Assembly (NCBI GenBank): GCA_045644345.1
Contig: JAZRGR010000225.1
Location: 15,146 to 79,145, forward strand
Direction of reading: 5' to 3'
DNA: 64,000 bases
From: Faecousia sp.
Lineage (GTDB): Bacteria > Bacillota > Clostridia > Oscillospirales > Oscillospiraceae
Both the position numbers and the translations under genes were made by a program. This document shows, one piece after another, positions 38,107-47,440 of the stretch. The notes beneath the pieces are model-generated. The model was not told the origin of the DNA and searched no databases. It saw only the letters and a list, made by a program, of their open reading frames with translations. Every line of letters starts with the position of its first letter. The first letter of the stretch is position 1.

Positions 38107-41100
38107 ATGAGCAAAAGAGCATTGTCCCTAATTTTGTGCCTATCCATGCTGTTATCCATGATCGTTCTCCCTGTTGCCGCAGAGCGTAAGGCTGAGACCA
38201 AGGCTCCTGCAGTTCAGGAAGAGTTCGAAATCGTGGGTGACTGGGTATGGGGAGAAACCGTATATTCCCTTGGCGCGGACAAAATCGTTGACCGCAGTGC
38301 AAGAATGGGTGTTACGGATCTGTATATGCTTGCCAAGGGTACCGGTGGCAAGCTGAGCTACCTTAAGACCCAGTATAAGGATGCACTGGCAAGAACCAAC
38401 CGCGATGTGATGCAGGAACTGATCACCGCCGCTCATAAGAAGGGGATTCGTGTCCATGCATGGCTGGTGACTGTTGAAGATGAATATTATAAGTCCAAGC
38501 ATCCCGAGGCAGGTGTGTACCACTATGTTCGCGGTACGGATAACAACCGCATCAATCCCTATGATGCAGGCTACCGTACCTATATGTCCAATATCGTTAC
38601 GGAGATCGTTTCCGGCTACGATATTGACGGCATTCATCTGGACTATATCCGCTACAACCATGTAGCAAATGGTTGGAGTGCTACCGACTTTGCGAACATC
38701 AAGGCTATGGGCGCCGATGTGGAGCAGGTCAAGTACATGATCAACAAGACCTTCTATCAGGACAAGCTTCCCGCAGGAGAGACTGTAAACGAGCGCTATC
38801 TGTTCGATGCATACAGAAACGGCGACCCCACTGCACTGCTGATCGGTCAGTATCGCCGTGATAATATTGCAAACTTTGCAAGACTCCTCCGTGATGCCGC
38901 AAAGGCTGCTGATCCCGAGATCATCTTTACCGGTGCACTGATGCCGGAAGGTGGCGTTACCTATGGTGATGAGGATATTGCTTTCGGCGATCTCCACTAC
39001 GGTCAGAACTATAAGGATGCCGCAGAGATCTACGACTATGTATGCCCCATGGCTTACTCCGCTTCTTATGAGGCAGAGCCCCGGTGGATGGCTGACATTG
39101 CTACCTACTGTGTTGAAATCGGTGCGGATGTTGTTATGGGATTGCAGTCCTTCTCTCCGCTGACCACGGCAAGATTGATGGCTGACATTGAAGCAGTCCG
39201 CGGGCTCCTTCCTATGGAAGGGGTTCTGGGCATTGCTCATTTCCGCCATACACAGTTCAGCTATGCTAAGACCAACTACAATTACAATACCGGTGTTATG
39301 GATATTGAGTACATCAATGCTTCCGAGTCCGGTTCCATTAAATGGGTCAAGGTGGATGTACCCGCAGGCATGAAGATCACCAAGGCTTCTGTGGTCAGTG
39401 GCTTCAAGTCTTCTTCTCCCATCTCTGTTTCTTCCGACGGACGGACCGCGACCATTGGTTATTCCGATACATCCTCCAGCACCATCCTGGCTGCATTGGG
39501 CGAGGGTAAGCTCCGTGTACAGTTCACCGGAAGACCTAATGACGAGACCGTAAGAGCTTCCTTGGTTCGCTCCTACATCGGTTCCGGCGAGACCCGTGTC
39601 TACAATGTTTACGAGGATATGACCAATTTCAAGGTCACCTTCGTAGATCATGACGGTACCACTTTGGCCACCAAGACCGTGGCTCCCGGCGGTTCTGTAG
39701 AAGCTCCCGAGGATCCCATCCGTTACGGCTATGTCTTTGCAGGTTGGGACAAGAGCTTTGAAACAGTGAACAGCGACCTGACGGTTACCGCTCGGTACGA
39801 GAAGATCCAAGTAGCAGGCGAATTCGAGATCGTAGGCGACTGGGTTTGGGGCGAGGATGTTTATAATCTGGGCGCAAAGACCGTTGTTGACCGTAGCGTC
39901 AAGTACGGCGTGACCGATCTGTACATGTTGGCCAAGGGTACCGGTGGTAAGCTGAGCTATCTGAAGACCCAGTATACCGATGCAAGAGCAAGAACCGACC
40001 GTGATGTTCTCCAGGAGCTGATCACCGAGGCTCATAAGCAGGGCATCCGTGTTCATACTTGGCTGGTTACTGTAGAAGATGCTTACTACAAGTCCAAGCA
40101 TCCCGAAGCAGGTGTATATCATTATGTCCGCGGTACGGACAATGACCGCATTAACCCCTATGATGAGGGATACCGTACCTATATGTCTAACATTGTTAAG
40201 GAGATCGTCTCCGGATACGATGTAGACGGTGTCCATCTGGACTACATTCGCTACAACCATCTGGCTAACGGTTGGAGTGATACTGACTTTGCTCGGATTG
40301 CTGCAATGGGTGCGGATGTAGAGCAGGTCAAGTACATGATCCATAAGACCTTCTACCAGGATAAGCTCCCCGCAGGTGATGTTATGGACGAGAACTATGC
40401 ATTCGATGCATACAGAAACGGTGATCCCACCGCTATGCTTATTGCACAGTACCGTCGTAACAACATCAATGACTTTGCAAAGCTCTTGAGAGACACCGCA
40501 AAGAGTGTGGATTCCGACATTATCTTCACCGGTGCCCTCATGCCCGAAGGCGGCGTGACCTATGGTAAGGAGGATATTGCCTTTGGCGATCTCCACTATG
40601 GTCAGAATTATGCAGATGCTGCCGAGATCTATGATTATATTTGCCCCATGGCTTACTCCGCTTCCTACGAGGCAGAGCCTCAGTGGATGGCTGACATTGC
40701 TTCCTACTGCGTAGAGGTTGGCAATGATGTTGTTATGGGTCTGCAGTCCTTCTACCCCTTGACATCTACCCAGCTTATGGGTGATATCAACGCTGTTCGC
40801 GGTCTGCTTCCCATGGAAGGTGTGCTGGGTATTGCCCATTTCCGCCACAGCCAGTTCAGCTACTCCAGAGCCATTTATGACTATAACACCGGTGTGATGA
40901 ATATTGACTTCCTCAATGCATCCTCCGCAGGCGGCTGCCAGTGGTTGATCGTAGAAGTGCCCCAGGGCATGAAAATCACTAAGGCTACCCTTGGAACCGG
41001 CTTTACCTCCGGTGCTCCCGTTTCTATTGCATCTGACGGTCGTTCTGTGAAGTTCGGCTACGCAGATACTTCCTCCAGCACTGTGATCGGCTCTCTGAAG

Positions 41101-44016
41101 TCCGGTAAGATGACTATCAACTTCACCGGTAAGCCTGTTGACGAGAAGGCAAGACCCTCCCTGGTTCGTATTTACATCGGCTCCAATGAAAGCCGTGTAT
41201 TTAACACCTATGAGGATCATACCACCTATACCGTTACCTTTAAGGATGCAGACGGTACTGTTCTTGCTAACAAGAAGACCTATGCCGGTGGCACTGTAAA
41301 GGCTCCCGAGGCTCCCGAGATGGAAGGCTACACCTTTGCGGGATGGGATAAGAATTTCGATGCAGTTACCGAGAACTTGGTAGTTACTGCTACCTACGTT
41401 GCTAACGGTCCCAAGGAATTCGAGATCGTCGGTGAATGGGTATGGGGCGAAGACATCTATAATCTGGGTGCAGATACCGTTGTCGGTCGCTGTGCACAGA
41501 TGGGTGTTACCGATATCTATCTCCTGGTTAAGGGTACCGGCGGTAAGCTCAGCTTCCTGAACACCCGCTATCCCGATGCTACCTCCCGAACCGACCGTGA
41601 CGTTCTGCAGGAGTGTATTGATGTTGCCCATGCTGCGGGCATCCGTGTCCATGCATGGATGGTCACTGTGGAAGACAGCAACTACAAGGCAAACAACCCT
41701 GAGGCAGGTATGTACCACTACATCCGCGCCAGAGACAATGACCGGATCAATCCTTATGATGCAGGTTACCGTACCTATATGTCCAATCTGGTAACCGACC
41801 TGGTTTCCAATTACGACATTGATGGTCTGCACCTGGACTACATCCGCTACAACCACCTGTGCAACGGTTGGAGTGACACCGACTTTGCAAATCTGGCTGC
41901 AATGGGTGCCAATGTTGAGAATATCAAGTATATGATCGACAAGACCTTCTATGCAGACCGCCTCCCCACTGGTGAGTCTGTAGATGCCAACTACATCTTT
42001 AAGATGCTGGCAAACGGCGACAAGGACGCTACCATCGCAGCTCAGTACCGCCGTAACAACATTGTTGACTTTGCAAAGCTGCTGGTCAACACTGCTAAGG
42101 CTATTAAGCCCGATCTGATCATGTCTGCAGCTGTTATGCCCGAGGGTGGTGTTGCAGGCGGCAGTGCAGGCAGTGCCAATACCGGCTTTGCTGACCTCCA
42201 CTATGGTCAGAACTACACCGATGCAGCAGACATCTATGATTACATCGCTCCTATGGCATATACCGCAAGTTACGGCACCGGTCCTGACTGGTTCGCAGGC
42301 ATTGCTGAGTATGCCGCATCCGTAGGTAACGGTGTTGTTATGGGTACCCAGTCCTACTATCCTTCTGTTTCCGCCGATCTCATGGCTGAGATCGAGGCTA
42401 CCCGTGCACTGCTTCCCATGGAAGGCATCCTGGGTATCGTTCACTTCCGTCACAGCCAGTTCAGCTATGTGAAGTTCGCTACTGATATGGCTGCAGGAGA
42501 GATGGATGTTCATGCCATCAACACCTATGCAAGCGGCGGCTTCAACTGGCTGCGGATCGAGGCTGCAGAGGGTGTCACCTTTACCGGTGCACAGTACCTC
42601 AACGGCTTCAATGCAGAGGCTCCCATTACCATTGCTCCCGATGGAAGCTACATTATCTTTGGTTACGAGGATATTTCCGGCACCGTTCTGCCCACACTGG
42701 CAGAGGGCGACCTCCGCATTACCTTCACCGGCAAGCCTGTTGACCCCAACGGACGTATTGCCATCGGCCGCATCTACATCGTATCCAATGAAAGCCGCGC
42801 ATACAGCACCTACACCACCCGTTGCAGTCATAGCTGGGGCTTGGGCACTGTAGCCCTTGAAGCAACCTGCACTGCAAGAGGTGCAATAGTTTCCGAGTGT
42901 GCTCTCTGTGGAGAGGCTAAGGTTGACAGCATCCCTGCTACCGGTCACAGCAAGACCTACACTTATGTAGATGCAGAGTACCACATGGTCGGCTGCTCCA
43001 AGTGTAACTTCGAAGAACTGGACGTCCATGAGTATGTTGACGGTATCTGCATCTGCGGTGCGGACAATACAACTGTGACAGAGGATCCTGCGATTATGAT
43101 CAGTCATACACTGAATCTTGCCAGCGATATTTCTGTGAACTATGCAGTTCTCTACACATACCTCAACGGGTATGATATGAACTCTGTATATCTGGAAGTT
43201 GAGATGGATGACTACGACGGAAATATCAAGACAGGAACGACTGTGCAGAAACTGCTGCCTGAGCGTCGCGGTAATTTCTACTATTTCGCTCTGGATGGTC
43301 TGAATGCTGTACAGATGAACAATGAGCTCCGTGCAGTTCTCTATGGACAGAAGAATGGCAAGAACTATTGCTCTGCGGTAGATACCTATTCTGTTGCACA
43401 GTATGCTTATTCTCAGCTCAATAAGACTACTGTTGCTGATAGCCTCAAGGTCCTGTGTGCTGATCTGCTCCGATACGGTGCAAAGGCACAGACCTTCAAG
43501 GGATATCGCACCGATGCTCCGGCAGATCAGAATATGACTGCAGTGCATAAGGCATATCTCAGCGATATCGACAATGTCACCTTTAACAACAATGCCTTTG
43601 AGTTCGGATTTATTCCCAATCCCACAGTTGCATGGGCAGGCAAGGCACTGGACCTGAATGCCAAGGTCGGTGTTCGCTATGTTGTGGATCTGACCAACTA
43701 TGCAGGCAAGATCGAGGATCTGAGTCTCCAGGTTACCTATGTTGATATTTACGGTGTAAGCCGTATGGAGACTGTGGAGGAGATCGAGCTGTACTATGCT
43801 CCCATGAACCAGTACGCATTCACCTTCGAGGGACTCCTTGCAGCAGAGCTTCGTGTTGTTCTGACTGCTAAGGTTATGGAGAACGGCAATCCCGTCTCCA
43901 ACGACCTGATCTATAGTGCCGATACTTACGGCATCGGTAAGACAGGTGTTCTGGGTGAGCTGTGCAAGGCACTCTTTGCCTACAGCGACAGCGCGAAGGC
44001 ATACTTCGTCGATTAA
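38107..44016 (+). CDS. Secreted 1969-aa protein: three tandem GHL10/DUF187-like TIM-barrel units, each with a beta-domain and separated by InlB-B-like repeats, then a Cys/His linker and the shared C-terminal module
   Basis: Start ATG 38107 after AAAGGAG; signal peptide ending PVAA-E; three copies of GIRVHAW, DG.HLDYIRY, DY..PMAY. Confidence 0.75.
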   Translation: MSKRALSLILCLSMLLSMIVLPVAAERKAETKAPAVQEEFEIVGDWVWGETVYSLGADKIVDRSARMGVTDLYMLAKGTGGKLSYLKTQYKDALARTNRDVMQELITAAHKKGIRVHAWLVTVEDEYYKSKHPEAGVYHYVRGTDNNRINPYDAGYRTYMSNIVTEIVSGYDIDGIHLDYIRYNHVANGWSATDFANIKAMGADVEQVKYMINKTFYQDKLPAGETVNERYLFDAYRNGDPTALLIGQYRRDNIANFARLLRDAAKAADPEIIFTGALMPEGGVTYGDEDIAFGDLHYGQNYKDAAEIYDYVCPMAYSASYEAEPRWMADIATYCVEIGADVVMGLQSFSPLTTARLMADIEAVRGLLPMEGVLGIAHFRHTQFSYAKTNYNYNTGVMDIEYINASESGSIKWVKVDVPAGMKITKASVVSGFKSSSPISVSSDGRTATIGYSDTSSSTILAALGEGKLRVQFTGRPNDETVRASLVRSYIGSGETRVYNVYEDMTNFKVTFVDHDGTTLATKTVAPGGSVEAPEDPIRYGYVFAGWDKSFETVNSDLTVTARYEKIQVAGEFEIVGDWVWGEDVYNLGAKTVVDRSVKYGVTDLYMLAKGTGGKLSYLKTQYTDARARTDRDVLQELITEAHKQGIRVHTWLVTVEDAYYKSKHPEAGVYHYVRGTDNDRINPYDEGYRTYMSNIVKEIVSGYDVDGVHLDYIRYNHLANGWSDTDFARIAAMGADVEQVKYMIHKTFYQDKLPAGDVMDENYAFDAYRNGDPTAMLIAQYRRNNINDFAKLLRDTAKSVDSDIIFTGALMPEGGVTYGKEDIAFGDLHYGQNYADAAEIYDYICPMAYSASYEAEPQWMADIASYCVEVGNDVVMGLQSFYPLTSTQLMGDINAVRGLLPMEGVLGIAHFRHSQFSYSRAIYDYNTGVMNIDFLNASSAGGCQWLIVEVPQGMKITKATLGTGFTSGAPVSIASDGRSVKFGYADTSSSTVIGSLKSGKMTINFTGKPVDEKARPSLVRIYIGSNESRVFNTYEDHTTYTVTFKDADGTVLANKKTYAGGTVKAPEAPEMEGYTFAGWDKNFDAVTENLVVTATYVANGPKEFEIVGEWVWGEDIYNLGADTVVGRCAQMGVTDIYLLVKGTGGKLSFLNTRYPDATSRTDRDVLQECIDVAHAAGIRVHAWMVTVEDSNYKANNPEAGMYHYIRARDNDRINPYDAGYRTYMSNLVTDLVSNYDIDGLHLDYIRYNHLCNGWSDTDFANLAAMGANVENIKYMIDKTFYADRLPTGESVDANYIFKMLANGDKDATIAAQYRRNNIVDFAKLLVNTAKAIKPDLIMSAAVMPEGGVAGGSAGSANTGFADLHYGQNYTDAADIYDYIAPMAYTASYGTGPDWFAGIAEYAASVGNGVVMGTQSYYPSVSADLMAEIEATRALLPMEGILGIVHFRHSQFSYVKFATDMAAGEMDVHAINTYASGGFNWLRIEAAEGVTFTGAQYLNGFNAEAPITIAPDGSYIIFGYEDISGTVLPTLAEGDLRITFTGKPVDPNGRIAIGRIYIVSNESRAYSTYTTRCSHSWGLGTVALEATCTARGAIVSECALCGEAKVDSIPATGHSKTYTYVDAEYHMVGCSKCNFEELDVHEYVDGICICGADNTTVTEDPAIMISHTLNLASDISVNYAVLYTYLNGYDMNSVYLEVEMDDYDGNIKTGTTVQKLLPERRGNFYYFALDGLNAVQMNNELRAVLYGQKNGKNYCSAVDTYSVAQYAYSQLNKTTVADSLKVLCADLLRYGAKAQTFKGYRTDAPADQNMTAVHKAYLSDIDNVTFNNNAFEFGFIPNPTVAWAGKALDLNAKVGVRYVVDLTNYAGKIEDLSLQVTYVDIYGVSRMETVEEIELYYAPMNQYAFTFEGLLAAELRVVLTAKVMENGNPVSNDLIYSADTYGIGKTGVLGELCKALFAYSDSAKAYFVD
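38221..42810 (+). repeat. Three ~1.6-kb intragenic direct repeats
   Basis: GA(G/A)TTCGA(A/G)ATCGT.GG.GA.TGGGT.TGGGG at 38221, 39820 and 41416 (periods 1599 and 1596 nt). Confidence 0.9.
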
Positions 44017-44115
44017 GTCTCGGATACTCTGATTGAACGAAAACAAGGGGGCTGTCATTTTGACAGTCCCCGAATCTTATTTTTGAGTATGCAACGGGAT
44101 TTTTTTAACTTCCCG

Positions 44116-44144
44116 TTGCATTTCTGAGAGAAATCGTATATAAT
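44116..44144 (+). promoter_or_regulatory. Sigma-A promoter upstream of the dnaX leader
   Basis: TTGCAT-N17-TATAAT. Confidence 0.75.
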
Positions 44145-44150
44145 ATCATT

Positions 44151-44298
44151 CAGACTTATACTGAGTTCCTTTAAAAAGTAGATATTTATAATGGCTACTT
44201 TTTATAGCCCACAAGGGCGTAGGAACTCGTACAAGACGACTTATGTGCCCTACAGGGCACATAAGATACAATTAAAAGTGTCTACTTTTAATTGTATC
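44151..44298 (+). ncRNA. Putative structured RNA / 5' leader of dnaX (three-way junction plus two hairpins), family unassigned
   Basis: GAGTTCCT/AGGAACTC encloses TAAAAAGTAG/CTACTTTTTA and GCCC/GGGC hairpins; then CTTATGTGCCC/GGGCACATAAG and GATACAATTAAAAGT/ACTTTTAATTGTATC. Confidence 0.45.
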
Positions 44299-44330
44299 GT
44301 AGTATTAGAAGCATAATAGGAGGTGGGCAT

Positions 44331-45941
44331 ATGCAAGAAGGCTATCAGGCTCTGTATCGTAAGTACAGACCACAGACCTTTGACGATGTTGTAGGGCAAC
44401 ACAGTGTAACACAGACCCTTAAGAATCAGCTAATGAATGGTCGTTTAAGCCATGCCTATCTCTTTACCGGTACCCGTGGTACGGGCAAGACGACCTGTGC
44501 CAAGATCCTTTCCAAGGCGGTCAACTGTCTGGAACCGGTGGATGGTAATCCATGTAATCGCTGTAGTGCCTGTCGCAGTATTGATTCCGGTGCTTGCGTA
44601 GATGTCCTTGAGATCGATGCTGCATCCAATAACGGTGTAGATAATGTTAGAGCCCTTAGGGATGATGCGGTGTATCTGCCGGCAGAGGTGCAGAAAAGGG
44701 TTTATATCATAGACGAGGTTCACATGCTGTCTATGAGTGCCTTTAATGCTCTGCTTAAGATCATTGAGGAACCTCCGGAGCATCTGGTTTTCATTCTTGC
44801 TACGACGGAGCTCCACAAGGTTCCTGCCACCATCTTGTCCCGTTGTCAGAGATTCAGCTTCCGCAGGATCCTCCCGGAGGACATTGTGGAGCGTCTGAAT
44901 TATATTGCCTATCGGGAGCATATTGATCTGGAACCGGAGGCTTCTGCCTTCTTGGCACGATTGGCTGATGGGGGACTCCGCGATGCGGTAAGCCTGCTGG
45001 ATCAGTGTGCATCTGCTGCAGCTACCACAGTGACGACAGATGAGGTGTGCAGGATCTTGGGATTGGCAGGGACCCGGCAGACTGCACAGCTTCTGCGTTC
45101 TATTGCTGCCCATGATACTGCCGCTACTCTGGAGCTGTTCCAGCAACAATATGGGGAGGGCAAGGATCTCAGCGCAATGCTGGATGAACTGTGTGTGGTA
45201 TCCAGGGATCTTCTGATCCTGCGTAGCATCCCCAAGAGCGGATCGTCCCTTATTTCCGGTGTATGTACACAGCAGGAACTCAAGGAACTGCTTCCTCTTT
45301 TCGCTCCCGGTGAGCTACTCCGTATGGCAGAGATTCTGCGTAATACGGTCAATGGCTTTAATACCAGTGCTAACAGAAGGATCGATGCAGAGTTATGCTT
45401 GATCCGCCTGTGTGAGCCGGAGGCAGAGATTGACGCGCAAGCCCTCAATGCTCGGATCACTCGATTGGAGAATAAGATTGCATCCGGCCTGGTCACTATG
45501 GTACAGACTACCGCAGTGGCGGAATCGGCAGAGGGTACTCCGACTGATTTTGCGGCTCCGCCTCCCGAGGAAGAACCTGTGATCGCAGCCCAGGTGGATG
45601 AGTCACCGGTAGGCTTCTGGCCCCGCTTGGTGGAGCAGGTGAGACCACAGCTTAGAGCGCCTGCTCTTGCTATGTTTGTAGTCAGTGAGGACGCACCCGT
45701 AGTAGGCATCCTTCGCGGGGGCGTGTTGTATTTGGAGCCTCGTGCTCTGATTGCTGAGAAGCTCATAGGCAAGCCGGAGGTCCTTCAGATTGTAGGTGAG
45801 TGTGCATCCGGCATTTTGGGCAGACCTGTACGTGTACAGGTGGGCAAGGCAGGAGAGGGACCTGCGCCTAATCATGCAAATTTCGACAGACTGTTACAGT
45901 TCGGTCAAACCCATGGTGAGACCGTTGATATTGTGGATTAA
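44331..45941 (+). CDS. dnaX: DNA polymerase III subunit gamma/tau
   Basis: ALYRKYRPQTFDDVVGQ, GTRGTGKTT, EIDAASN, IDEVHML, TILSRCQRF; ATG 44331 after AGGAGGT. Confidence 0.97.
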   Translation: MQEGYQALYRKYRPQTFDDVVGQHSVTQTLKNQLMNGRLSHAYLFTGTRGTGKTTCAKILSKAVNCLEPVDGNPCNRCSACRSIDSGACVDVLEIDAASNNGVDNVRALRDDAVYLPAEVQKRVYIIDEVHMLSMSAFNALLKIIEEPPEHLVFILATTELHKVPATILSRCQRFSFRRILPEDIVERLNYIAYREHIDLEPEASAFLARLADGGLRDAVSLLDQCASAAATTVTTDEVCRILGLAGTRQTAQLLRSIAAHDTAATLELFQQQYGEGKDLSAMLDELCVVSRDLLILRSIPKSGSSLISGVCTQQELKELLPLFAPGELLRMAEILRNTVNGFNTSANRRIDAELCLIRLCEPEAEIDAQALNARITRLENKIASGLVTMVQTTAVAESAEGTPTDFAAPPPEEEPVIAAQVDESPVGFWPRLVEQVRPQLRAPALAMFVVSEDAPVVGILRGGVLYLEPRALIAEKLIGKPEVLQIVGECASGILGRPVRVQVGKAGEGPAPNHANFDRLLQFGQTHGETVDIVD

Positions 45942-45967
45942 ATAATTATAACAAAGGAGATTTTAAA

Positions 45968-46312
45968 ATGGCAAAAGGCGGATTCCGCCCCGGTATGGGC
46001 GGCGGCATGAACATGAACATGATCAAGCAGGCTCAGAAGATGCAGCAGGATATGCTGAAGATGCAGGAAGAACTGGAAAACAAGGAGTACGAAGCTACCA
46101 CCGGTGGTGGCGTAGTGACTGCACGTGTAAACGGCAAGCATGAGGTCCTGAATCTCACCATTGCTCCCGAAGCAGTGGATCCCGATGATGTAGAGATGCT
46201 TCAGGACATGATTGTTGGTGCTGTGAACGAGGCTATGCGTAAGGCTGATGCAGAGGCTTCTCAGAATATGTCCAGACTTACCGGCGGTCTCAATCTGAAC
46301 GGCTTGTTCTAA
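45968..46312 (+). CDS. ybaB: YbaB/EbfC nucleoid-associated protein
   Basis: QAQKMQQDM, GGGVV, DPDDVEMLQDMIVGAVNEA; position between dnaX and recR. Confidence 0.95.
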   Translation: MAKGGFRPGMGGGMNMNMIKQAQKMQQDMLKMQEELENKEYEATTGGGVVTARVNGKHEVLNLTIAPEAVDPDDVEMLQDMIVGAVNEAMRKADAEASQNMSRLTGGLNLNGLF

Positions 46313-46911
46313 TGAGAGTTTTTCCTGTTGCTTTAGAACGGCTGACAGAGCAGTTCGCAAGACTCCCCGGGATCGGTGGGAAAACCGCACAGCGCTTGGC
46401 TTTTCATATTCTGAGCCTACCTACAGAGCAGGCAGAGGAATTTGCCCAGTCTGTGTTAGATGCCAAGGCGAAGGTGCATCTCTGTCCTGTGTGCCAGAAC
46501 TTGACGGACAGGGAGGTCTGTCCTATCTGCGAGGATGATACCCGTGACCGTGGATTGATCTGTGTAGTTGCCGAGCCTAAGGATGTGATCGCTATAGAAC
46601 GGGCAAGGGAGTTTAATGGGCTGTACCATGTGCTCCATGGTGTGATCTCGCCCCTTAATCGTGTGGGGCCTGATGACATTCGGATCAGAGAGCTCTTAAC
46701 GCGGATCGGCAGAGGAGATGTGCGTGAGATCATTATGGCAACCAATCCTGATACGGAGGGAGAGGCAACGGCTATGTACATTTCCCGTATTTTGCGCCCC
46801 CTTGAGGTTCGGGTGACACGTCTGGCATATGGTATTCCTGTTGGGAGCCAATTGGAATTTGCAGATGAGGTTACCCTTCTCAGAGCACTTCAAGGGCGTC
46901 GTGATATTTAG
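46312..46911 (+). CDS. recR: Recombination mediator RecR
   Basis: LPGIGGKTAQRLAF, CPVCQNL....CPIC zinc finger, YHVLHG.ISP, ATNPDTEGEATA. Confidence 0.97.
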   Translation: MRVFPVALERLTEQFARLPGIGGKTAQRLAFHILSLPTEQAEEFAQSVLDAKAKVHLCPVCQNLTDREVCPICEDDTRDRGLICVVAEPKDVIAIERAREFNGLYHVLHGVISPLNRVGPDDIRIRELLTRIGRGDVREIIMATNPDTEGEATAMYISRILRPLEVRVTRLAYGIPVGSQLEFADEVTLLRALQGRRDI

Positions 46912-47074
46912 TGTGTACTGAACAATGAGTTTTTGGCTTTGCTGTAAAAGAGATTTTGCAGCAAAGCCTGTTCTTTTTTGCAAAAAAGGATTGCGAATCG
47001 GGATTTTTTGTAGTATGATATATTTTAGGACACCATATGCCTTGATCTTTCATACAATGGCATGAGGTGGTGTT

Positions 47075-47440
47075 ATGATAATACGATTTTTTGTCGTTCT
47101 TTTGGGCTTGTGCGGCTTGGGCTTGATTCTGTGCGGATTGTTGGAGACGCTATTTTTCTCCACCCCGTCGGATGTATACCACGTGATCCCTTTGGGGGAG
47201 AATGGTGCGGATGCTGAGAGTCGGGTTCGCAAGTCGCTGTATAGCTTGAAGGGAAAGCTTTATTTTGTGGATTTAGGATTAGATGCTGATTCGCAGTTAA
47301 ATGTGGAGCTTTTATTGAGAGGGCGTAGCCACGCTATGCTGGTTGCCCCTTCACAGTTGCCGCAGGAGCTTAGATGGGAGATGGATCTTGGAGCAGGTAC
47401 TGATCAAGGGAACGATCACGTCGGTGATTTTCCGAAATAA
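47075..47440 (+). CDS. Hypothetical membrane-anchored protein
   Basis: GAGGTG RBS, N-terminal TM helix; promoter TTGCGA-N17-TATGAT at 46991-47019. Confidence 0.6.
   Translation: MIIRFFVVLLGLCGLGLILCGLLETLFFSTPSDVYHVIPLGENGADAESRVRKSLYSLKGKLYFVDLGLDADSQLNVELLLRGRSHAMLVAPSQLPQELRWEMDLGAGTDQGNDHVGDFPK

Noticed and set aside
38152-44058. 1968-codon antisense ORF
   Set aside because: In-register shadow of the glycosidase gene, explained by avoidance of TTA/CTA/TCA codons on the sense strand. No recognisable motifs, RBS or promoter.
44151-44298. SRP RNA (ffs) expected upstream of dnaX
   Set aside because: The conserved SRP domain IV sequence is not present; reported instead as an unassigned structured RNA.
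25057-44330. Upstream-extended ORF-track starts (26238, 26257, 33161, 37969, 44292; also 5627, 10960, 47343)
   Set aside because: They overlap promoters or neighbouring genes and lack an RBS; downstream starts with good RBSs were used instead.
44331-45941. Programmed frameshift in dnaX
   Set aside because: No A-AAA-AAG or long A-run slippery site was noticed.
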